Shown here piece after piece: positions 28,579 through 36,831 of a stretch of 64,000 nt of DNA (within the stretch, counting starts at the first letter, position 1; the number at the start of each line of letters is the position of its first letter). The notes beneath the pieces are model-generated. The model saw only the letters and a list, made by a program, of their open reading frames with translations. It did no database searches and was not told where the DNA came from. The stretch is from positions 32,001 to 96,000 of the forward strand of contig JAWOEX010000021.1 in the NCBI GenBank assembly GCA_046482545.1. Reading direction: 5' to 3'. Origin of the DNA: Candidatus Thorarchaeota archaeon. GTDB taxonomy: Archaea; Asgardarchaeota; Thorarchaeia; Thorarchaeales; Thorarchaeaceae. Position numbers and translations under genes: made by a program.

Positions 28579-30459
28579 ATGCGAAAGGGAGTTGCCTTAC
28601 TGGTTATTTTCATGTTACCCATGTTATCTGTCATGACATTCATGCCTCCAAAGGAGACCAGTGCATGGGGAATTAGCACTCACATGTTTATGGTTTCAGA
28701 AGCCATGAATGGTATTACCAACGATAGCTGGGCTGAAGCCTATGAATACTATGCGCCGGAAGTCCTATCGGGTTCCACAACTCCAGATCAAGCGTGGCAA
28801 GACTGGGAGAATCATCTCTATTACCCTGAGACAGGCGAAAAAAATGCCCCAGAAGCGGCTCAAAGATGGTTTGAATTCGCTCAAGACAATTTCACATCTG
28901 GTAACTGGGAAGACGGATTCTTCGCAGTGGGGGTCATGACACATTACTTCACCGATCCATGTATTCCTGTACACACTGACGAATACTGGCCCGGTCATAC
29001 CGGTTACGAGAGAGACATCAATGAAAATCTGGGCAACCTAGAAATCGATACACCTAGCGAACATAAAATCTCCAACGTGTCACAGCTGGTGGTTGATTGC
29101 GCTACTTTTTCGCATCAGTACTATGATACAATTCACGATGCATACGATGACAATGAATCGAGGGCTCTCGACAATCCTGAAATAAAGAGCCTGACTGAGG
29201 AATGCCTATCAATGGCCGTCAATGGTTGTCTTTCACTTTTCTACACTCTCAGTCTCTACTGTGATGCTCCTGAAGTATCGTACACTCTAGAACATGTAGC
29301 ACTAATTGACTATGCTCATTCCAATGATTACACTAGTGGTGATGAATCCGAACTCACCTCCATCAATCAGACCCTAGCGCGAAATGGGTTTGAAATGAAA
29401 ATACAGGAATCTGAATTTACGGAAAGCTCCTTGATGGATGTTGATTTGCTTATAGCCACATGTGGCTTCGATGCCTATACGAGCTCGGAGCTTTCAGAAA
29501 TCTCTGATTGGTTGGAAACGGGAAACAGGTCAATCCTGCTAACTGGGAGAGGCGATTACGACGAGTATACTGATAACGCTAGACCTAACCAAATCTTAGA
29601 GACTATCGGGTCAACAATTAGAATTAACGATGATAACGTCTACATGGAAGGAACGTATCAGCCATGGTACAACGATATCTACGACATACCACCGCCAAGT
29701 GAAACAGCCAATCTCACTCGTTCTGTTGGCTCGATTACAATGTTCTCCCCAGCAAGTCTTTACTTCGTTGAAGATGGCCCTCCGCTGCCCATTGTGTGGG
29801 CTGATTCTTCAGCATATCAAACGGACCAGAATTCCCCAGATATCACTGTGGCTTATGACATGAGACAGGATGGCGAGAATGGCAATCAGATTCCACTAGC
29901 AGCAGTTGAAGAAATCGGTTCGTCGAAGCTGCTGGTCGCTGGCACGACGTTTTTCAGTGATTTCGATTACGGTAAAACCGCTTTGTTCAATAATGTCCAG
30001 TTGCTGGAAAACTTCTTGGCGTGGGGACTGGGTGAAAATGTAGGGATAGTATCAGATACGGACGAAATTGGACCCAGAATCAGCAACGTGTCATGGTCAC
30101 CCGAACCACCTCAACAGGGAGAAGAGGTTACCTTTAGCGTAACTGTATCAGATCCAAGTGGCGTAGAAAACGTGTCTTTGCAAATCCCCGGAGATACACT
30201 CCCCCTGACAGGTGATGGCAATGAGTACTCTGTGGCTATTCCCGCCAATGATTATGAATCGGTTAACGTTACAGTGATCGCCTTTGACACAGCAGGTAAC
30301 CAAGCTCTCAGAACTGGTTTCACAATAGAATGGTTGTCGGCAACGCCCCCAGATGCTCCAACTATTGGCTTCCCCACGTATGTGTACCTAGGAATCATAG
30401 CTGCGGTTATCGTGGTCGGTGTAGTCTATATCCTATACAAGAAGAAAATGGTAGCTTAA
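28579..30459 (+). CDS. Secreted Zn-dependent phospholipase C / S1-P1-like enzyme fused to GIFT-like and Ig-like domains, C-terminal anchor
   Basis: Mature N-terminus WGISTH, TPD, NH, HYFTDPCIPVH, HTGYE; LIDYAHSN second domain. Confidence 0.75.
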   Translation: MRKGVALLVIFMLPMLSVMTFMPPKETSAWGISTHMFMVSEAMNGITNDSWAEAYEYYAPEVLSGSTTPDQAWQDWENHLYYPETGEKNAPEAAQRWFEFAQDNFTSGNWEDGFFAVGVMTHYFTDPCIPVHTDEYWPGHTGYERDINENLGNLEIDTPSEHKISNVSQLVVDCATFSHQYYDTIHDAYDDNESRALDNPEIKSLTEECLSMAVNGCLSLFYTLSLYCDAPEVSYTLEHVALIDYAHSNDYTSGDESELTSINQTLARNGFEMKIQESEFTESSLMDVDLLIATCGFDAYTSSELSEISDWLETGNRSILLTGRGDYDEYTDNARPNQILETIGSTIRINDDNVYMEGTYQPWYNDIYDIPPPSETANLTRSVGSITMFSPASLYFVEDGPPLPIVWADSSAYQTDQNSPDITVAYDMRQDGENGNQIPLAAVEEIGSSKLLVAGTTFFSDFDYGKTALFNNVQLLENFLAWGLGENVGIVSDTDEIGPRISNVSWSPEPPQQGEEVTFSVTVSDPSGVENVSLQIPGDTLPLTGDGNEYSVAIPANDYESVNVTVIAFDTAGNQALRTGFTIEWLSATPPDAPTIGFPTYVYLGIIAAVIVVGVVYILYKKKMVA

Positions 30460-30577
30460 GTATGAAGGAAAAACGGTAAATGTAACTATTTCCCAATGCA
30501 TCTGCCGTTTTTTTTTCCCTTTTTGCTCACCTGCAAATATTCATATGGTTTCTGGAGAATATATGGGCGAGATATAG

Positions 30578-31228
30578 TTGGGCAGGGTGTCCAAGTTGTC
30601 AATGAGTGCTCATTCCAAATCTCAAGATGCTGAAATTGAGGAAGCTATCATCTTATCTTTCGGATCGGCTATTATCGAATTCGAAGAGACCCTATTCCAG
30701 AAAGTACTGCTCATATCAGGAAAGCAATCTCTCATGACAATGGACATGTTCAGAAAACATCTCCAAGAAATGCATGCCAAGGGATATATCAAACCGGTGA
30801 TTTTCCATGGTAAAAAATGCTGGAAAAAGATGGTTGTACTTGATGACATTCAGCAAGATCTAACTCCAAGGGAAATTAGGGAATCAACAAGGAAGGGAAC
30901 AGGGTATCAAATAGCAACAGGCGCTAGACAACAATCGGAAGAGAAAGTTGTAAGCGAATCGCGAAGCATTGCAGAAGAGATATTATCCCATCTCAGAGAA
31001 GAACTGAGCTCCGGAAGAAAATTGGAGCCTAACAAAAAAATCATGTTGCGCGAAGAAACTGAGAAAATGCAGTACGCATTGGCCGATTCGTCAACGATAT
31101 TTTTGAATTATGTACGAGTCCATCTTCCCACATTGTATGAACCCATGAAAGAACTCCTTCTTTCGAAGGGCAAGGAAGTCATGCTGCCAGCCCTCAAAAT
31201 AGCTGAATCGACATTGGCAGAGAGCTAA
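30578..31228 (+). CDS. Hypothetical protein, possible N-terminal winged helix
   Basis: 216-aa ORF filling the gap; FRKHLQEMHAKGYI-like wHTH pattern. Confidence 0.55.
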   Translation: MGRVSKLSMSAHSKSQDAEIEEAIILSFGSAIIEFEETLFQKVLLISGKQSLMTMDMFRKHLQEMHAKGYIKPVIFHGKKCWKKMVVLDDIQQDLTPREIRESTRKGTGYQIATGARQQSEEKVVSESRSIAEEILSHLREELSSGRKLEPNKKIMLREETEKMQYALADSSTIFLNYVRVHLPTLYEPMKELLLSKGKEVMLPALKIAESTLAES

Positions 31229-31232
31229 GCAA

Positions 31233-32315
31233 CTAGTAGCTTCGTTGGACAAGGAATTCTGACATATCAATGAAGAAATTCTTGTAGTCTTCATCAAATG
31301 CTGGTTCTGCGAGGTCAAGAGCCTCTTGCCCAGCATCGAGAAGCTCGTTCATTCTGTTTTCTGCTGCTTCAAGGGCACCAGTATCCACAAAGATATCCTT
31401 GACCTCTTGAACTTGCTCTGCAGACATGTCAGGTGCTCCAAGAAGATTTTCAAGGCGTTGTCGTTTGTCTGAATTCGCTCTTCGGAATGCTTCTAGAACC
31501 AGCATGGTTCTTTTCCCCTCACGTATATCACCATCTGTTGGCTTGCCAGTAACTTCTTCATCACCGAATGAGCCCAAAATATCATCCTGAATCTGAAAGG
31601 CTTGGCCCACCTTCACCCCAAAGTTGCTCAGGGCCTTCATCTGTGATTCTGAAGCTCCTGCAATGGCTGCACCAATAAGAAGAGAATTCTCGAATAGGAT
31701 GGCTGTCTTCAGCCTTATCATTTCAAGATAGGTTTCAGGAGAAGGGTTATGACTTCCAACCATATGCATTTCCAGAAGAACACCATCAACCAAGCCCTGG
31801 TATGCAGTCTGATAGTAATGCAAACACTTCGTGCTCACTTCTGGAGAAAGATTCGCGGCTGTGATCGTTTGAGCTCCTATGTTGAGTAATGAATCACCAC
31901 CGATTATCGCCATTGTCATACCGAAGTGTTCTGCTTTCTTCTGAATGTCCTTCACCTCATTCTTGTACCAATCACGATAAAGAGCATGGAATGTGGGGCC
32001 CCCACGACGCGTTTCATCATTATCAATCAAATCATCATGAAGAAGCGAACCGTTGTGAAGAAACTCCACGGAACATGCTGCAAGATAGAGATGCTCCACT
32101 TCGTTCCGTTCCTTAATCGCCTTGTAACCGGTAGAGACAAGAATGGGGCGCAGTCGTTTACCGCCGCGCATCATGTATTCTTTCACATGACCATAGTACT
32201 TTCTGTGAACGTCACCGAGTCTACTGACCTCCTCGATTCTTGAATCCAAGTACTCTTCCAAGGCTTCATTTACCAATTCATATTCGGTATCCACAATCTC
32301 TTGATAGCCTGTCAA
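31233..32315 (-). CDS. Polyprenyl (geranylgeranyl) diphosphate synthase
   Basis: GGKRLRP, LLHDDLID...RRG, KTA, FQIQDD, GDIREGK. Confidence 0.92.
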   Translation of the reverse strand: MTGYQEIVDTEYELVNEALEEYLDSRIEEVSRLGDVHRKYYGHVKEYMMRGGKRLRPILVSTGYKAIKERNEVEHLYLAACSVEFLHNGSLLHDDLIDNDETRRGGPTFHALYRDWYKNEVKDIQKKAEHFGMTMAIIGGDSLLNIGAQTITAANLSPEVSTKCLHYYQTAYQGLVDGVLLEMHMVGSHNPSPETYLEMIRLKTAILFENSLLIGAAIAGASESQMKALSNFGVKVGQAFQIQDDILGSFGDEEVTGKPTDGDIREGKRTMLVLEAFRRANSDKRQRLENLLGAPDMSAEQVQEVKDIFVDTGALEAAENRMNELLDAGQEALDLAEPAFDEDYKNFFIDMSEFLVQRSY

Positions 32316-32507
32316 GGTCGCTCCTCCGCACTTGATACTCTGGATTCAGATAATTCCTCCTTTTTAGCATTTCTCAATCTGTCGAAGTACATTACAACAT
32401 TAAGCTTAGTCTATGAAAGGGCAATGGAGATGTCGAAGCGAATTCAGACGAGTCGAAAAGGCATCAAGATTAGGCTTATTTGCCTAGTTTTACCCATACA
32501 TCGTGAT

Positions 32508-33947
32508 ATGAAAACAGTACCCTCTCGAATTCTTCTGGCTATGATTCTCACCATGATTGTGACAGCTGGTGTATCGACATTTCCAGTAAGAGCGGTAGGA
32601 GAATACAAGCTTGTCCAAATCGATCCAAGTAATCATGTCCCAGACTATTATGCGGTTGAAATCCCCTGGTTTCAACAAGAAAACAGTATATCATGTGGGC
32701 CAGCTTGCCTCAAAATGGTTTTCGCTAAGCATGATTGGACAATTATCGAAGAAGAGATTCAGCAAGCCGCTAACATGAAGCCATCTCATGGTGGGACTTT
32801 GACGACTGATATGGTCAGAGCTGCACATTTCAGCAACAGGAGTACAGCCCTTGATAATGCAAGTCTTCGCGGTTACACATCCAAACCTTGTGGAAGTGAT
32901 TCAGTGGGCTCACGACCAACCGACGAAAACAAGGTCGATATGCTCAAACAATTCTTGCTTCAGGAACAAAGCCCCATACTCTTGATGTGGTACACCGTAG
33001 CTCACAATTACGGTCATTACAGGATACTGCGAGCATACGATGATAGATCAGAAACTCTCTACTTTGCTGATCCTATGGGCTACAATGCCACCCTTGGAGT
33101 GAATTGGACCCTGCCCTATGATGAGTTCATCAACGACTGGTGGTCATATAGCGGCTATTGGTTGCAAGTCATTTCTGATTGGAATATCGAGATATCTGTA
33201 AATGAGTCGGTATCTGAGCCATCAAGTTATGCCGTGAATGCAACAATCAGTACAGGGATAGAACAGAATCTTAGAGACCCACAATCAATTCTTCGGGCCT
33301 GTTCAGCTAGACTAAACCTTCCAAACGGCTGGGAACTGAACTCGGGAACCAGTGAGACACCAATTGAATTCAACCAGCAAGGTGTCACGTCCGTTCGATG
33401 GGAAATAACTCAACAGGATAGAAGTGAGCAAGGCAATATCACGGTAACTGCTAGGGGCCGTATTGGCGGACAAACTGCATCCTATGACTCATACGAAGAC
33501 CTGATCTGCACATCAGAGGGCGTAGACATTTTTGCGCTTCAGAAACCATCCCTTGGGAAGATTAACATAGGGCATACAGATGAGGGCTTAGAAGTTCTAG
33601 CGAGCATAAGAAATCCAAATCTTGTCAGAAGCTGTAAGCTGCTTTGGAGAAATAATCCCACCAATTGGAAAACAGTACCTATGGAAGCAGTTGATTCAGA
33701 GTCGTATTCTGCTAGTATGACAATTCCTGAGCCGAGAATGGAGAAGAATGAATCGGTTCAAATCAGGTTCGTTCTTACTGATGAGAACAGTGAATTGACA
33801 CAGACAGCAGCATATGAGTACAGATTCTATGAGTCGCCTGTTACAGTCGTCCCTATGATAATAGGAGGTGTAGTAATAGTGACTGTTGTCGCAATAATCG
33901 TACTACTACATCAAATCGGACTTCTTAGACTGAATGCACAAGAGTAG
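32508..33947 (+). CDS. Membrane-anchored C39-like cysteine peptidase
   Basis: Signal peptide MKTVPSRILLAMIL, QQENSISCGPAC, GHY, ADP, C-terminal TM helix (ORF track starts at 32301). Confidence 0.75.
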   Translation: MKTVPSRILLAMILTMIVTAGVSTFPVRAVGEYKLVQIDPSNHVPDYYAVEIPWFQQENSISCGPACLKMVFAKHDWTIIEEEIQQAANMKPSHGGTLTTDMVRAAHFSNRSTALDNASLRGYTSKPCGSDSVGSRPTDENKVDMLKQFLLQEQSPILLMWYTVAHNYGHYRILRAYDDRSETLYFADPMGYNATLGVNWTLPYDEFINDWWSYSGYWLQVISDWNIEISVNESVSEPSSYAVNATISTGIEQNLRDPQSILRACSARLNLPNGWELNSGTSETPIEFNQQGVTSVRWEITQQDRSEQGNITVTARGRIGGQTASYDSYEDLICTSEGVDIFALQKPSLGKINIGHTDEGLEVLASIRNPNLVRSCKLLWRNNPTNWKTVPMEAVDSESYSASMTIPEPRMEKNESVQIRFVLTDENSELTQTAAYEYRFYESPVTVVPMIIGGVVIVTVVAIIVLLHQIGLLRLNAQE

Positions 33948-34000
33948 TAGTTCATGTAGAAGGATATTGGGCCATCAACACCGGGGCTGCTGCTTTGACC

Positions 34001-34939
34001 TTATACGTAGAGTCTTCCCCGTAAGACAGTTACAGCCTTACCGCTGACCTTGACTTGGTTAATCTTCTCTTCATTACCTCTGATTTCCACGTACACCTTC
34101 CCTGGACGGCCAACAAAGTCTCCTTGTTCAATTACTATGCTGGTAACTGGATTAGAAGAATCCATCATACCGTATTTTACCATGTATGACGCCATCCCAC
34201 CCGCTGCAGACCCGCTTACTGGATCCTCGGGAACACCTAGACCAGGCGCAAAATGACGGGCATGAGCATCAGAAGTTTCCTCCCTTGCATCACGGGTGAA
34301 AACCTGAATAGAAACGTAATCGGAATCCTTGCGTAGCTCCTGAAGAGCTTTCCAGTCAGGACGAATTCTCTCAAGAGATCTGTATGTATTGACAGGAATC
34401 ATCAGGTGAGGAGTCCCAGTCGAGACAGTTTGAATGGGCTTCGGGGACATGATATCTGCAAGAGTCAAGCCAAGGGCGTTTGCATATTCCTTCGGATCGT
34501 AGCTTGTCAAGAATTGTGGGGGTTGATGCGTAATCTGAATTTCATAAACCTGAGAGCGTTCGTTTTGAACCACCTCTACTTCAAAGACACCTGTATTGGT
34601 TTCAAACGTAAACATTGTGATGTGATTCGTGGCCTGAGCGATGCCTTCACTCAGCAATGCATTAAACGCAGCTACAGTTGCATGACCTGAGAAATTGATT
34701 TCACGGTCTGGTGTCATGTACCTGAACCGATAATCGGCTATATCAGAATCCGATACGTAGACTGTTTCCCTTACATTGAACTCCCGCGAGATTTTGTGCA
34801 TCATTTCCCTGCCAAGCTCATCAGCACCTAGAATGACTGTTGCAGGATTGCCTCCGAAGGGCACGTCGGTAAATGCATCAACATGCACAACATCGAATTC
34901 ATATTCGTGAGACATCTTATGGGCATCTCCTTGAAGCAT
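34001..34939 (-). CDS. PhzF-family epimerase/isomerase
   Basis: VDAFTDVPFGGNPA, EINFSGHAT, EDPVSGSA, EQG..VGRPG. Confidence 0.9.
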   Translation of the reverse strand: MLQGDAHKMSHEYEFDVVHVDAFTDVPFGGNPATVILGADELGREMMHKISREFNVRETVYVSDSDIADYRFRYMTPDREINFSGHATVAAFNALLSEGIAQATNHITMFTFETNTGVFEVEVVQNERSQVYEIQITHQPPQFLTSYDPKEYANALGLTLADIMSPKPIQTVSTGTPHLMIPVNTYRSLERIRPDWKALQELRKDSDYVSIQVFTRDAREETSDAHARHFAPGLGVPEDPVSGSAAGGMASYMVKYGMMDSSNPVTSIVIEQGDFVGRPGKVYVEIRGNEEKINQVKVSGKAVTVLRGRLYV

Positions 34940-35354
34940 TATTATTCAGTACGCTAATTAACGATTCCATTGGCCTCATAGTATGAATGAAGCGGAACAA
35001 GAACAATCATTCATCATTTCCAGCAGAGAGAGAATATGAAACCTAAACCATGATTGAATGAGATACAACAGCGGCATGCGAATATCAGCATCAAGCGGAT
35101 TTTCATTCGTCTCGTCAACCTGAAATAACTGACTACTGATGTCTAGTAAAATCCAAGGGTTGGATATGACCTGATTATGAAACAGCCGCTCAGCATCTCT
35201 TGTTCTTATGTATTCGAGTCCTACATCAGGCTAATTCTCATCATTTTGACTCGCATCGTATTCGTTGTGTCAGATAATACTGTTTGCTGAACTGTGGTGC
35301 TGAACAAGCGTCCGGATGCAAAAAGGGGAATCTAGGCAATCAGGCCGCACAACA

Positions 35355-35362
35355 TTATTATT
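35355..35362 (+). promoter_or_regulatory. Putative TATA box for the structured RNA
   Basis: TTATTATT about 25 nt upstream of GGGCC at 35380, where pairing begins. Confidence 0.45.
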
Positions 35363-35379
35363 TGTAGACTATGTGCTAA

Positions 35380-36180
35380 GGGCCAAGTGGGTATCCGTCT
35401 CCACGGAGCACGGAGGTTGAGGGTGTTGAATTTGCCTTCACCTAACAGAGAACAGCAATCATCGGACACAGGGTATCAAGTCCTGGAGAGTCCGCGGCTG
35501 TTCACCATGTCCAGACGGACCTCCTCAGCTACGGTGACAAGGCTGAGGTGGGTGATCATGACCACGCCGTGGCAAGAACTGTGGAAGACCTCGCTGTCAC
35601 CGGGAGTGATGATCCGGGATGACGACAGGAGGAGGAAGCCAGGACCGCGGGAGGAATCCCATTCCGATGAACGTAGACAAAGCCCTGCTAACTCACGGGC
35701 CTACGGGTACCTTGGGGGCGGTGACGCTGGCAGGGGAAGGCCGGAACACAGAAGTTTCAAACAGTGTACGCAACTGTAAGAAACAGGTCATCTGGAGCTC
35801 CTCACTAGGAGGGAGCTGGCGGGACATAGATTGCGAAGAATGTTCACCTAGGGGCACTCGGCTGCTAACGCAGCTGAGTATGTTGAACTCTTCGATAGGA
35901 ACACCGTTGCCCGCCAGAGTTCCCAGAGAACCTGTAGTAGTCATATCAATTAGACTCATTGGCGACAACTCCACAGTTGCCGGTTTTCGAGGGCTCCAGG
36001 TTCACCTTACAATCTGTTTCTTGTAATTGAGTGAGAGCAACTTCGTAAGACTTCTGTACTCCACCTAGTCGATAATGAAGAGCTGACTGCGTCAAGTAAG
36101 CTCTCAATGCATTTGAAGGTCTGGATCAAGAAAAGTAGGAAGCAGTACTTAGATGCTCACCGGGAAGGCCAGAAAGAGAG
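35380..36180 (+). ncRNA. Large structured RNA candidate of unknown family (one RNA or two adjacent ~320-nt RNAs); 3' end uncertain
   Basis: Many nested long-range helices with G-U pairs on the + strand; no convincing ORF. Confidence 0.6.
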
Positions 36181-36229
36181 TGCAGATGCAAAGAATCCAA
36201 TTGAATTTGTAGATAATAGAAACAAAGCA

Positions 36230-36358
36230 AAAAGGTGGCGACCACGCGATCGTGGTAGGAGGGGGGAGTTTCGTAATTGAGGGCATGTAACGAAAAACTA
36301 GACGCGTGATCGCCTCAATTCATTCATGCCATTCCAACTACGTTTTCTTTCCTATCAC
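36230..36358 (-). ncRNA. Small RNA candidate, copy 1
   Basis: Own TATA (TTTAATAA on - strand, ~36382-36389), 52-nt core shared with copy 2, 12-bp closing stem, U-rich 3' end. Confidence 0.55.
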
Positions 36359-36634
36359 GAATTTTGTATACCGCCGACTTCTTATTAAACTTCCGATTGT
36401 AGACTAGTTTAGTAGACTTTAACTTCTATGGAACTCGGTTACTCTTTCGAAGTATCAAGTCTGAGTTTTTTGGTATTCGAAAATATTGGGAAAGAAGATG
36501 CATGAAAGTCTACAAAAGCGTAACCAAAGTCGAAGCCAGAAGAACTTCTAGAGGCATAGAAGGTGACGAGTGCGCGGATATAGTGGTAGGAGGGGGGAGT
36601 TTCGTAATTGAGGGCATGTAACGAAAAACTAGAC
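36252..36634. repeat. Two identical 52-nt direct repeats (36252-36303 and 36583-36634), 331 nt apart
   Basis: GTGGTAGGAGGGGGGAGTTTCGTAATTGAGGGCATGTAACGAAAAACTAGAC occurs twice. Confidence 0.95.
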
Positions 36635-36684
36635 CACGCACTCGCCTTGTTTATTCGTCATACCCTATGTTTTCCACCAATCAC
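36558..36684 (-). ncRNA. Small RNA candidate, copy 2
   Basis: Same promoter block (GACTTCTTATTAA 36701-36713), same core, different but pairing 11-bp closing stem. Confidence 0.55.
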
Positions 36685-36831
36685 AGGGTTCTAGAAAATG
36701 GACTTCTTATTAACTTTTGTAAAGCAGACCATTTTAACTCGGGTAAGACAAAGATGAATCAGAATGGGTTTAATCTATCAAGATTGTTCTCAAATGATGG
36801 AATGGGGGGAACGCCCCTAGAGTATTCATTC

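Noticed and set aside
35380-35702. SRP RNA or RNase P RNA call for the 320-nt closed domain
   Set aside because: The size fits, but there is no SRP helix-8 (CAGG-GNRA-AGCA) motif and no GAGGAAAGUCC / ACAGAA..GCUUA P4 pair. Not formally excluded without a covariance search.
35387-36026. ORFs 35387-35779 (+), 35619-36026 (+) and 35693-35974 (-)
   Set aside because: They overlap each other, have atypical R/S/P/G-rich composition and no motifs. They are better explained as chance ORFs in GC-rich structured RNA.
35730-36175. Cobalamin riboswitch (CGCAACTGTAA and GGGAAGGCCAGAA fragments)
   Set aside because: Spacing and order do not fit, and there is no downstream + strand gene to regulate.
36252-36634. 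CRISPR array interpretation of the 52-nt repeats
   Set aside because: Only two copies, a 279-nt spacer, and no cas genes in the window.
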